This document shows, piece after piece, positions 48,852-58,071 of a stretch of DNA of 64,000 bases (position 1 is its first letter; each line of letters begins with the position of its first letter). The stretch spans positions 73,846 through 137,845 of the forward strand of contig JBAZJY010000002.1 in the NCBI GenBank assembly GCA_041651115.1, read 5' to 3'. Made by a program: the position numbers and the translations under genes. This DNA is from Candidatus Omnitrophota bacterium. GTDB lineage: Bacteria > Omnitrophota > Gorgyraeia > Gygaellales > Profunditerraquicolaceae. The notes below the pieces were generated by a model. That model searched no databases and was not told where the DNA came from. It saw only the letters and a list, made by a program, of their open reading frames with translations.

Positions 48852-48871
48852 ATTTACGCAAGGAGAAACTC

Positions 48872-49837
48872 ATGGAAGGTATTAAAATCATCAAGCGGCC
48901 GAAATTAAAAGACCCTTATCTTATTGTTGCCTGGCCGGGAATGGGCGAAGTGGCGTTTAAATCAGCGCACTACCTCGTAGAAACGCTCAAGGCGGAAGAA
49001 TGCGCAGAGCTATTGGCGGATGAATTCTTTTATCCTACCTCAAGCAACGTTAAGAGCGGGGTATTAAGCCTGCCTGACCTGCCGAGCGGCAAGTTCTATT
49101 ACTGGAAAAATAAATCCGGCAAGAACGACATTGTCATCTTTATGAGTAATGCCCAGCCTGACCTTTCCGGCTCAGAGTTATATTGCGAGCGGATACTTGC
49201 TTATGCCAAGCATATTAAAGTAAAGGCTTTGATCGGCATCGCGGCAATGCCGCAGCCGGTGGAGCATACGCAGCAGCCCAATGTCTGGGTAACCGCGACT
49301 TCCGCGGACCAGATCAACAGCTTAAAAAAATACGAGCTGGATATCCTTGCCGACGGCCAGATCAGCGGCATGAACGGCCTGTTCCTCGGCATTGCCAAAC
49401 GCGAAGGATTCCAGGGATTCTGCCTGTTGGGTGAGATACCGCTTTATACCATCCAGATTGAAAATCCTAAAGCCAGCTGCGCGGTATTGGAGGCTTTGGC
49501 AAAAATACTGGGTATCCAGATCGATCTTAGCAGCCTGCTGACACAGGCACACATCATGGAAGAAGAGATCAATAAGCTCATGGATTATCTGAAGCTCGGC
49601 ACTCCGCTGGGGCCCATCGGAGAAGAGGAGATCGAAAAAATAAAAAAATCCCTTAGCCAGCTTACCAAGCTTCCGGCTTCGGTCAAGGAAAAGATCGACG
49701 GGCTCTTTAACCAGGCAAAGACGGATATCAGCAAAGCCGGAGAACTTAAGCGGGAGCTGGATAAATGGAACGTGTACAAGGAATACGAGGACCGTTTCCT
49801 TGACCTGTTCAAGAAAAAAAAGGACAACAGCAACTAA
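48872..49837 (+). CDS. PAC2-family protein (proteasome-assembly-chaperone-like fold).
   Basis: N-terminus PYLIVAWPGMGEVAFKSAHYLV matches the PAC2 signature. It has a C-terminal charged extension. Confidence 0.55.
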   Translation: MEGIKIIKRPKLKDPYLIVAWPGMGEVAFKSAHYLVETLKAEECAELLADEFFYPTSSNVKSGVLSLPDLPSGKFYYWKNKSGKNDIVIFMSNAQPDLSGSELYCERILAYAKHIKVKALIGIAAMPQPVEHTQQPNVWVTATSADQINSLKKYELDILADGQISGMNGLFLGIAKREGFQGFCLLGEIPLYTIQIENPKASCAVLEALAKILGIQIDLSSLLTQAHIMEEEINKLMDYLKLGTPLGPIGEEEIEKIKKSLSQLTKLPASVKEKIDGLFNQAKTDISKAGELKRELDKWNVYKEYEDRFLDLFKKKKDNSN

Positions 49838-49849
49838 CCCGGCGGAAAA

Positions 49850-50464
49850 ATGATCAAGGCAGCGATCTTTGATTTAGGCAACGTGTTGATCAACTTTGAC
49901 CACCGCATTGCGGTCATAAAAATCGCTCCCCTCTGCGCCATGCAGGAAGAGGAGATCTACAATTTTTTCTTTGACTCGCCGCTTACCGGCCTGTTTGAAG
50001 AAGGCAAGATCGACGCCCTGGAGTTTTTCTCGGAAGTAAAAAAATCCCTGCAACTCAAGATTGGTTATGATGAGTTCCTGCCGGTATGGAACGAGATCTT
50101 TTTTCTTACCGAATCCAACCGCAGCGTATATGGCCTGGCGGAAAAATTGAGGAAGAAATATAAGACCGCGCTCCTTTCCAATATTAACTCCCTGCATTTT
50201 GATTATCTGAGAGAGAATTTTCCCATCTTTGGCCCTTTTCATAATTTGCTCCTTTCTTTTGAGATGAAGCTTAAAAAACCCGACGCCGGTATTTATAAAA
50301 AAACGCTGGAAACCCTCGGCGTATTGCCCCACGAGGCCTTTTACACCGACGACCGACCGGAGCTTATTGAGAGCGCGGCCGGGCTGGGCATACAGGCTTT
50401 TGTATTTAAAGGAGTTGAGCAGTTAAAGGATGACCTGCTCGCTGCGGGCGTAGAGATCGGCTGA
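49850..50464 (+). CDS. HAD-superfamily hydrolase (subfamily IA).
   Basis: Motif I FDLGNVL and motif II/III/IV placement. Confidence 0.75.
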   Translation: MIKAAIFDLGNVLINFDHRIAVIKIAPLCAMQEEEIYNFFFDSPLTGLFEEGKIDALEFFSEVKKSLQLKIGYDEFLPVWNEIFFLTESNRSVYGLAEKLRKKYKTALLSNINSLHFDYLRENFPIFGPFHNLLLSFEMKLKKPDAGIYKKTLETLGVLPHEAFYTDDRPELIESAAGLGIQAFVFKGVEQLKDDLLAAGVEIG

Positions 50465-51204
50465 TGAAAACGGCTAAGTTCCAACCCAGGTTTTACCGGC
50501 AATGGCTAACCGCAAAAGGATTATTTAAAACAGGCGTCAGGGTAAAAGAGACCGACCTGATGATCTTATCCGATAAGCCGATAGACCGCGATTTTTGCGC
50601 AGAGAGAATAAGTTTTTACCGCAGCCAGATAGAAAACTATATTGCCAAAGACCCGAGGTTTTCATCCAGCCTAAAGCCGCTGGCAGTAGAATTGAAAGCA
50701 GCGCCGATAATAAAAAAAATGGCCGTTGCGGCAAGACTGGCCGGTGTCGGGCCCATGGCGGCAGTTGCCGGAGCGCTTGCCGAATGTTTAGGCAGGGATC
50801 TTTTAAGGCGCGGAGCAAAAGATATTATCATTGAGAACGGTGGGGATATTTTTCTGAAGATTTCCCGGCCCTGCAAGGCAGCAATTTACAGCGGCCGGTC
50901 AAAGCTATGGAGCGGCCTCGGCATTGAAATCATGCCGCAAAAAAAAGCAATGGGGGTCTGCGCATCAAGCGCTACGATCGGCCATTCGCTTAGTTTTGGG
51001 CAGGCAGAGAGCGTGGTGATCCTGGCAAAGGATGCCTTTCTTGCCGACGCAGCAGCCACGGCAACCTGCAACCGCACGCAGGGTAAAAACAGTTTAGGGC
51101 AGGCATTGGGGTTTGCCCGTTCAATAAAAGGGGTTTTTGGGGCAGTGGTTATCTTTAAAAATAACCTGGCATGTTTTGGGAAAGGGTTTAGATTAGCCAA
51201 ATGA
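50464..51204 (+). CDS. Hypothetical protein (UPF0280-like).
   Basis: About 246 aa. Weak recollection of the family; no decisive motif. Confidence 0.35.
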   Translation: MKTAKFQPRFYRQWLTAKGLFKTGVRVKETDLMILSDKPIDRDFCAERISFYRSQIENYIAKDPRFSSSLKPLAVELKAAPIIKKMAVAARLAGVGPMAAVAGALAECLGRDLLRRGAKDIIIENGGDIFLKISRPCKAAIYSGRSKLWSGLGIEIMPQKKAMGVCASSATIGHSLSFGQAESVVILAKDAFLADAAATATCNRTQGKNSLGQALGFARSIKGVFGAVVIFKNNLACFGKGFRLAK

Positions 51205-51854
51205 ACCGTCCGCCGGATATCTCCATCAACAGGCTTGCAGTTTACCTAAGGTTCCTTGAAGGTTTTGTGGAAGAAAAGGGCGCGGATTCCACGATCAACT
51301 CAGAGGAGCTGGCAAGGTTTCTTGACATAAACCCCCATCAGATACGCAAAGACCTTTCCTATTTCGGAAAATTCGGCGAAAGGGGAAAGGGGTACCGCGC
51401 CGAAGAGCTGCGGGATAAATTACGCAAGATACTCGGCCTGGAAAAAAAATGGAACCTTTGCCTTTGCGGCATGGGCAATTTAGGAAGCGCCTTGTTCGCT
51501 TACGGGGGTTTCAGGCAGCTGCATTTGGATATTGTCGCGGTATTTGATAATGACCCGCATAAGATCGGCGAATCGGTCAAGGGGGTAAAAATATTCGCCC
51601 CCGATAAGATCAGCCGCGTGGCAAAACAGCTGCACATTGACATCGCGATCATTGCCGTGCCGCCGCAGGCAGCGCAGGCAGTAACCGATAAATTGATCAC
51701 CGCCGGGGTAAGGGCGATACTGAATTTCGCTCCGGTCAAGCTCAACGTCCCCGCATCGGTGAAGCTGCGCAACGTTGATCTCTCGACGCAGCTGATCAAC
51801 CTTACTTATTTCCTCTCTTGCGTCAAAACACTTGACAAAAACAAGATATTGTGA
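51201..51854 (+). CDS. rex: Redox-sensing transcriptional repressor Rex.
   Basis: Winged-helix N-terminus (INSEELARFLDINPHQIRKDLSYFGKFG..GYRAEEL) followed by a Rossmann domain (CLCGMGNLG). Confidence 0.85.
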   Translation: MNRPPDISINRLAVYLRFLEGFVEEKGADSTINSEELARFLDINPHQIRKDLSYFGKFGERGKGYRAEELRDKLRKILGLEKKWNLCLCGMGNLGSALFAYGGFRQLHLDIVAVFDNDPHKIGESVKGVKIFAPDKISRVAKQLHIDIAIIAVPPQAAQAVTDKLITAGVRAILNFAPVKLNVPASVKLRNVDLSTQLINLTYFLSCVKTLDKNKIL

Positions 51855-51947
51855 TAAAAAAATAATATCAGCGCAATATTTTGCGCGGCTTAAATAATAT
51901 TTTGGAGGGTAAATTAATAAAATTGGAAAAATCAGGTAAAGGATTAA

Positions 51948-51980
51948 GGGCTCAAGATTCGTGGAGCCCTTATTTTATTT
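51948..51980 (+). terminator. Intrinsic-terminator-like hairpin (GGGCTC-N10-GAGCCC plus T-rich tract) ending about 3 nt before the ATG of the next gene. This is a possible attenuator.
   Basis: Read directly. A 6-4-6 palindrome GCGCAATATTTTGCGC lies just upstream (~51880). Confidence 0.4.
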
Positions 51981-51983
51981 AAG

Positions 51984-52973
51984 ATGCTTACCGTCGGCTT
52001 GACTTACGACTTAAAAAGCGATTACGAGTTTAAAAAAGGTGATCCACCGGACGCAAACGCGGAGTTTGACCATCCTTCGACAATAGACGTGATCGCAAAC
52101 GCGATCAGGTCCCAGGGCGTTAAAGTAAAAAAGATCGGTAATGCCGCAAACCTCCTTGAGCAGATCAATGACCTTAACGTGGCGATCGTTTTTAATATCT
52201 CTGAAGGCATCTCCGGCAGGAACCGGGAATCGCAGGTGCCGATACTCCTGGAAATGGCGGGTATTCCTTTTGTCGGCGCGGACGCCCTGACGCTTTCACT
52301 CACCCTTGATAAGATCATGGCGAAAAAGATCTTCATCGCCGAAAACATCCCCACCCCGAAATTCCGCGAGATAAAAAATACAGACTCGCTTTCCGACTCC
52401 GACCATCTGAAATTTCCCCTGATCGTAAAGCCGCGCTTTGAAGGTTCGTCAAAAGGCCTAAGCGAGAGTTCGCGCGTGGAAACTCCCGAAGAACTGGAAA
52501 AGCAGGCGGGATATATAATTAATACCTATAAACAGCCGGCATTGATCGAAGAATTCATTTCCGGCCAGGAATTCACCGTGGCAGTCGTGGGCAATGACCC
52601 GCCGGAAGTCCTGCCTGTGGTGCAGATAAAAATCGACGGGAAATTGCAATTGAACGATAAATTCTATACCTTCGCGCGTATCACTTCCAATCGCCTTGAA
52701 TATACCTGCCCGGCGCACATAGACGCAGGCCTGAACAAAAAAATTTCCGACCTGGCTTTAAAAACCTATAATGCGGTTGAGTGCCAAGATTTCGGCAGGG
52801 TTGATTTCCGGGTAGATAAGGACGGCAGGCCATACGTGCTGGAAATAAACCCATTGCCGTCTTTGTCCACCGAAGACGTATTTCCGCTCGTAGCCAAACA
52901 GATCGGCCTGACTTACGAGCAGATCATCGGCAGGATCTTAAGCAGCGCTTTAAAAAGGCATAACCTAAAATAA
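51984..52973 (+). CDS. ATP-grasp ligase, D-Ala-D-Ala-ligase-like family (not canonical Ddl).
   Basis: ATP-grasp motifs (LIVKP..GSSKG; EEFI.G.E.TV; VLEINPLP). Confidence 0.75.
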   Translation: MLTVGLTYDLKSDYEFKKGDPPDANAEFDHPSTIDVIANAIRSQGVKVKKIGNAANLLEQINDLNVAIVFNISEGISGRNRESQVPILLEMAGIPFVGADALTLSLTLDKIMAKKIFIAENIPTPKFREIKNTDSLSDSDHLKFPLIVKPRFEGSSKGLSESSRVETPEELEKQAGYIINTYKQPALIEEFISGQEFTVAVVGNDPPEVLPVVQIKIDGKLQLNDKFYTFARITSNRLEYTCPAHIDAGLNKKISDLALKTYNAVECQDFGRVDFRVDKDGRPYVLEINPLPSLSTEDVFPLVAKQIGLTYEQIIGRILSSALKRHNLK

Positions 52974-53996
52974 ATGAAAATCGCGCTGACCTATAATTTA
53001 AAAGAAAAGGACGAGACAAAACCTCCGGATTATTTTTCCGAATTTGATTCGGAGGAAACGATAAACGCGATCATCTCGGCGATTCGCAACCGCGGCCATG
53101 AAGTGTGCGGCGTAAACGCCGGACAGGAAAACCTTTTTTCGTATTTTAAAAGGAACCGCGTGGATATGGTATTTAATATCGCCGAGGGCAGGGCGGGAAA
53201 ATTCCGCGAATCAGAGATCCCGGCAATACTGGATTACCTTGATATCCCCTACACCGGCTCAAATACATTTTCCCTTGCCCTTGCTTTGAATAAAGCGGTG
53301 ACTAAAAAAATCCTCAAGGCAGAGAATATTCCTACCCCGCAATTCCAGGTATTTTCAAAAGGAAACGAAGACCTTGACCAGGCGTTAAAATTCCCCCTTA
53401 TCGTCAAGCCGAATTGCGAAGGCTCTGCCAAGGGCATTAACGCTTCAAACGTTGTCAATTCCAAAGACGGCTTGTACAAAAAAGCCGAGGAAATCATCGG
53501 CCTCTATAAACAGGAGGTGCTGGTTGAAGAATTTATCCACGGCAAGGAATTGACTGTGGGCGTGCTTGAGAACGGCAAGGCCACGGCGCTGCCGATCTTA
53601 GAGATCGATTTTACCGCCTGCGTTAAGAGCGGTGAATATTTTTACAGCTGGCGGATGAAAGAATTTCAGGGCAATGCCGAGCTTGGCCTGATGCCTAATT
53701 TTTACTGCCCGGCGCGGCTGGACAAAGAGACTGAAGCAAAAGTAAAAGAGATTGCTATCAGGACGCATCAGGCAGTAGGATGCTTTGACATCTCCCGCAC
53801 GGATATCAGGCTGGATGAAAATAATGTGCCCTATGTGCTGGAAATAAACCCTTTGCCCGGGCTTGACCCCAAAGAATCTAATTTCCCGATCATGGCATAT
53901 GCAGCCGGGATGAAATACGACGAGCTTATAGATGCGATACTCACCAGCGCTGCCGAGCGCTATTTCGGTAAAAAAGCAATCAGCCGGAATAATTAA
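52974..53996 (+). CDS. Second ATP-grasp ligase, paralogous to the preceding gene.
   Basis: Same motif set (LIVKPN.EGSAKG; EEFI.G.ELTV; VLEINPLPG). Confidence 0.75.
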   Translation: MKIALTYNLKEKDETKPPDYFSEFDSEETINAIISAIRNRGHEVCGVNAGQENLFSYFKRNRVDMVFNIAEGRAGKFRESEIPAILDYLDIPYTGSNTFSLALALNKAVTKKILKAENIPTPQFQVFSKGNEDLDQALKFPLIVKPNCEGSAKGINASNVVNSKDGLYKKAEEIIGLYKQEVLVEEFIHGKELTVGVLENGKATALPILEIDFTACVKSGEYFYSWRMKEFQGNAELGLMPNFYCPARLDKETEAKVKEIAIRTHQAVGCFDISRTDIRLDENNVPYVLEINPLPGLDPKESNFPIMAYAAGMKYDELIDAILTSAAERYFGKKAISRNN

Positions 53997-54013
53997 GAGG
54001 AGGGAAAGATTAA

Positions 54014-55198
54014 TTGAGTAACCTATTGACGGTTGAAACAAAAGCGCAGCAGGAAGCTGTAACGCCGCCACGCCAATCAAGAAAGTCCCTGGATTATCAA
54101 CAGATCAGCCTTTATAAAGACGTTAATCCCCTGGACTGGGAAGATTGGCATTGGCAGATCAAGCACCGCATCCGCGCAAAAGAAGAACTGTCGCAGGTAA
54201 TTAAATTAACTCCCGAAGAAGAAGAAGGCTTAAAAAAGGCAAGCGGAAGGCTGTCATTGGCAATCACCCCTTATTGGGCGACTTTGATTGACCCGGATGA
54301 CCCGGATTGCCCGCTACGCCGGCAATCCGTGCCGGTAAAAACGGAATTCGTGGTCTCTCCGCATGAAATGGTTGATCCTTGCGCAGAAGACCGTGATTCC
54401 CCTGCTCCGCATCTTGTGCACAGGTATCCGGACAGGGTCCTGCTCCTGGCTACTGACCACTGCGCAATGTATTGCCGCCATTGCACCAGAAGAAGGCTGG
54501 TAGGCGAACGCAGCATTGAAGAAACTGATTTTTCCACCCGTTTTGACGCGGCGATAGATTATATTAAAGCCAACCGCAAGATCCGCGACGTGCTGATCTC
54601 CGGCGGAGATCCCTTAACGCTGGAAGACGATCAATTGGAGAACCTGCTGCAGAAAATACGCTCTATTTCCCACGTGGAATTCCTGCGCATCGGTACCCGG
54701 GTCCCGGTAACCCTGCCGCAGCGCATCACGGAAAAACTAGCAACAATGCTGAAAAAATATTCGCCCGTGTGGATGAGCATACATTTTAACCATCCAAAAG
54801 AAATAACCAAGCGCTGCAAACTCGCCTGCGATATGCTTTCTGATTCAGGCATACCCTTGGGCAGCCAGAGCGTGCTTTTAAAAGGCATTAATGACCGGCC
54901 GTATATCATGAAAAAGCTGGTGCAGGAGCTCTTGCAGATCAGGGTAAGGCCGTATTATATTTACCAGTGCGATCCGGTAAAAGGCACGCAGCATTTCCGC
55001 ACTCCCGTGGCAGTAGGCATCAACATTATGGAAAAACTGCGCGGCCATACTTCCGGTTATGCAGTGCCTACCTATGTGATTGACGGGCCGGGCGGCGGCG
55101 GTAAGATCCCCGTAGGCCCGAATTACATCCTTTCGCAGGCAAAAGGCAAGTACGTGCTGCGTAATTACAAAGGAAAGATCTACACCTACCTGGAATAA
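54014..55198 (+). CDS. Lysine 2,3-aminomutase family (KamA-like) radical SAM / PLP enzyme.
   Basis: CAMYCRHCTRRR (CxxxCxxC) and the KamA-type C-terminus (YVIDGPGGGGKIPV). TTG start with a strong RBS. Confidence 0.85.
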   Translation: MSNLLTVETKAQQEAVTPPRQSRKSLDYQQISLYKDVNPLDWEDWHWQIKHRIRAKEELSQVIKLTPEEEEGLKKASGRLSLAITPYWATLIDPDDPDCPLRRQSVPVKTEFVVSPHEMVDPCAEDRDSPAPHLVHRYPDRVLLLATDHCAMYCRHCTRRRLVGERSIEETDFSTRFDAAIDYIKANRKIRDVLISGGDPLTLEDDQLENLLQKIRSISHVEFLRIGTRVPVTLPQRITEKLATMLKKYSPVWMSIHFNHPKEITKRCKLACDMLSDSGIPLGSQSVLLKGINDRPYIMKKLVQELLQIRVRPYYIYQCDPVKGTQHFRTPVAVGINIMEKLRGHTSGYAVPTYVIDGPGGGGKIPVGPNYILSQAKGKYVLRNYKGKIYTYLE

Positions 55199-55202
55199 CC
55201 GC

Positions 55203-55231
55203 TTGACCCCCCACATCCCCAGAGATATAAT
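55203..55231 (+). promoter_or_regulatory. Strong promoter (TTGACC-17-TATAAT) with a ~100-nt 5'UTR containing a CCATAGC-N4-GCTATGG hairpin.
   Basis: Read directly upstream of the EF-G-like gene. Confidence 0.5.
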
Positions 55232-55334
55232 AAGTCCATAGCATACGCTATGGGATGGGAATGACATAAGCTGCTGGTATTGATACTCTTTTCTCCCTCT
55301 ATTAATAACTTCCTATTAAAAAAGGAGTGCTAAT

Positions 55335-57266
55335 ATGGACGCTAAGAACAAGAGAAGTATCATCCTTTTGGGCCACTCACATTCCGGAAAAACAAGCTTG
55401 GCAGAAAGCCTGCTTTTCCGGTGTAAAGCCACCAGCCGAAAGGGCAGCGTTTTAGAAGGCAATACGGTCAGCGATTACGGCTGGGATGAGATTGAGCGTA
55501 AGATCTCCATCAACGACAGCTTTATGTTCTGCGATTTCCAGAATACCCGCATCCAGGTCATAGATTCCCCCGGTTATATTGATTTCTTTGGCGAAGTAAT
55601 TGCCGGCATCCGCGCCGCAGATAACGCGGTGGTAGTAATTGACGCGATAGAGGGCGTGCAGATAGGCACGGAAAAGGCATGGGCGCTTGCAGAAGAACTC
55701 TCTATGCCGCGGCTCATTTTTGTCAATAAATCCGATCTTGACGGCATAGATAATAACAAAGTGATCGCGGATATTAAGGCTTCGCTTTCCAAAAAGGCAA
55801 TCCCCTTAGATGACGGGGTGGAACTGATCGAACTGGTTGCTGAAAGCGATGACGCTCTCCTGGAAAAATACCTTGCGCAGGGAAGTCTTTCGCCTGAAGA
55901 AGTAAACATCGGTTTGCGCAAGGCAGTTGCCAATGCCAAGGTCTTTCCCATAATTTTCGGCTCGGCGCTGAAAGATTCAGGCATTGAAGGCCTGCTTCAG
56001 GCAATAAAAGATTACTGCGCTGCGCCTGATGAGCGGCCTAGCCCGGAGCTGGTTGAGGGCCAGCTTACTTTAAAGCCGGATGCGCCATTTTCCGGGTTCG
56101 TATTTAAAAGTATCATTGATCCTTATGTCGGGCAGCTAAGCCTGGTAAAGATCTTTTCCGGTAAACTCGCGGCAAATTCCAGTTTTTACAATAATACCCA
56201 GAAAACATCAGAACGTTTCGGCCAGATTTACCTGCCCCAAGGCAAGGAACAGCGTTCAATAGATTTTGCGGATTGCGGCGATATTATCGCCATCCCCAAA
56301 TTAAAGCAAACGCACACTTCCGATTCTTTGTGCGAGCAGGCACATCCGGTAACTTTTAAGCCGATGGCCTTCCCTGAGCCAATGATGTCTGCTTCGGTAA
56401 AGCCGCGTTCGCGCCAGGACGAAGAAAAAATTTCCCAGTCTACGGCAAAATTAACTGCCGAAGACCCGACGATAAAAGTATACCGCGACCCGGAGACTAA
56501 AGAAGAGATCATCTCCGGTTTAGGCGACCTGCATTTGAACGTTGCCGTGGGCAGGCTCAAAAAACGGTTTAACGTGGAAGTTGACCTTGGCACGCCCAAA
56601 GTCCCGTATAAAGAAACAGTTACCAAGACAGTGCGCATGCAGGGCAAATACAAGCGCCAGTCCGGAGGAAGAGGCCAGTACGGCGATGTCTGGATTGAAG
56701 TGAGGCCGCTTGAGCCGGGCAAGGGATTTGAATTCGTGGATAAGATCTACGGGGGCGCGATCCCGCGTAACTTTATTCCGTCGGTAGAAAAAGGCGTGCG
56801 CCAGGCAATGGCTGAAGGCGTGGTTGCCGGATATCCGGTGGTAGATATGCAGGTGGTGCTGCAGGACGGCTCGTATCATGAAGTTGATTCATCGGACATG
56901 GCATTTCAGATTGCCGGGTCAATGGCGTTGAGAAAGGCGACAATGGAAGCGCATCCTGCGCTACTTGAGCCGATCATGGAAGTGGAAGTTTATATCCCGG
57001 AAGATTTCGTGGGGCAGGTTTCCGGTGACCTTAATTCCCGGCGCGGCAGGCCGCTGGGCATGGAAGTAAAAGGCAAGACCAATATTGTCAAGGCGCAGGT
57101 GCCCTTGGCAGAAATGTTCACTTACGGTAATGACTTGCGTTCAATGACTCAAGGTAAAGGCACGTTCACGATGAAATTCCTGCATTATGAACAAGTGCCT
57201 GCGAAGATCGCAAATAACATTATCAGCAGGTATCAGGCGCAAGCCAAAAAAGACGAGCAGGAATAA
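55335..57266 (+). CDS. Elongation factor G-like translational GTPase paralog with a divergent G1 box.
   Basis: Five-domain EF-G-like architecture (643 aa). G1 is GHSHSGKTS rather than AHIDAGKTT. DxxG (DSPGY) and NKxD (NKSD) are present. Confidence 0.85.
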   Translation: MDAKNKRSIILLGHSHSGKTSLAESLLFRCKATSRKGSVLEGNTVSDYGWDEIERKISINDSFMFCDFQNTRIQVIDSPGYIDFFGEVIAGIRAADNAVVVIDAIEGVQIGTEKAWALAEELSMPRLIFVNKSDLDGIDNNKVIADIKASLSKKAIPLDDGVELIELVAESDDALLEKYLAQGSLSPEEVNIGLRKAVANAKVFPIIFGSALKDSGIEGLLQAIKDYCAAPDERPSPELVEGQLTLKPDAPFSGFVFKSIIDPYVGQLSLVKIFSGKLAANSSFYNNTQKTSERFGQIYLPQGKEQRSIDFADCGDIIAIPKLKQTHTSDSLCEQAHPVTFKPMAFPEPMMSASVKPRSRQDEEKISQSTAKLTAEDPTIKVYRDPETKEEIISGLGDLHLNVAVGRLKKRFNVEVDLGTPKVPYKETVTKTVRMQGKYKRQSGGRGQYGDVWIEVRPLEPGKGFEFVDKIYGGAIPRNFIPSVEKGVRQAMAEGVVAGYPVVDMQVVLQDGSYHEVDSSDMAFQIAGSMALRKATMEAHPALLEPIMEVEVYIPEDFVGQVSGDLNSRRGRPLGMEVKGKTNIVKAQVPLAEMFTYGNDLRSMTQGKGTFTMKFLHYEQVPAKIANNIISRYQAQAKKDEQE

Positions 57267-57313
57267 TTCCCGCCGCTTTTAACTAATCTGCGTAAGAAGA
57301 AAGGAACGATTAC

Positions 57314-58018
57314 GTGAAAATAGGAATTTTTGGCATTGAAGGATTTTATCAAGGCAAGGCTAACATCATTGACAGCCGCGTAAAAGCCCTGAAAGTAATG
57401 TTTAATTCTCCCAAAGAGGTTTATATTCAGGCTGACGTGGTGATTGATGCGGATAAATTAGTTGAAGCTGACGGGATTATTGCTCCGGAAAGCGCGAAAC
57501 TGGATTTGATCGTTAATGATATGGAGTTTGTAGAGACGAGGCTCGGACGGGCAACTGATGATCTGGAAAAAGGCTTGTTTACCCGCTTCAAGGAATTGCT
57601 GGATAAAGAAAAGTTCCTTTCTGAGGCGCAGCTTGGTGAAGACGAAAAGAAGCTGATTGCCGGTTACTCTCTGTTAACGATCAAGCCGGTTTATCTTGCT
57701 AAACCTGAAGAGATAGAGAATAAAGAGAAGCTGCTTTTTAATGCGTATTATTGCTTTGGCTATATTTCCTTTTTTACTGCCGGTGATAAAGACGCGCATT
57801 CATGGCCGATCAAGAAAGGCGCGAATGCCTGGGAGGCATCCGGGGCAATTCATTCAGATATTCAGAAGGGCTTTATCCGCGCGGAAGTTGTGAGCTACAA
57901 TGACCTCACTGCCGACGGCAGCCTTTCCAAGGCGCGTTCCAGTAATCACATTCGCCTTGAAATGAAGGAATATATCGTCCAAGACGGCGATTATATCGTC
58001 TTTAGGTGTAATAAATAA
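57314..58018 (+). CDS. YchF/Obg-like protein with a degenerate P-loop and a C-terminal TGS domain.
   Basis: N-terminus MKIGIFGIEGFYQGKA lacks GxxxxGK[ST]. The C-terminus QDGDYIVFRCN is TGS-like. GTG start; 234 aa versus about 363 for YchF. Confidence 0.5.
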   Translation: MKIGIFGIEGFYQGKANIIDSRVKALKVMFNSPKEVYIQADVVIDADKLVEADGIIAPESAKLDLIVNDMEFVETRLGRATDDLEKGLFTRFKELLDKEKFLSEAQLGEDEKKLIAGYSLLTIKPVYLAKPEEIENKEKLLFNAYYCFGYISFFTAGDKDAHSWPIKKGANAWEASGAIHSDIQKGFIRAEVVSYNDLTADGSLSKARSSNHIRLEMKEYIVQDGDYIVFRCNK

Positions 58019-58071
58019 CTGTTAGTTTTAGCTTCTCCTTTCGTCTATTAACATAGAAAGGAGAGGCAATC

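Noticed and set aside
51840-51900. Rex operator (TTGTGAA-N6-TTCACAA) downstream of rex (TTGTGATAAAAAAATAATATCA).
   Set aside because: Only one half-site matches and the second half is poor. It is reported only as a generic palindrome region.
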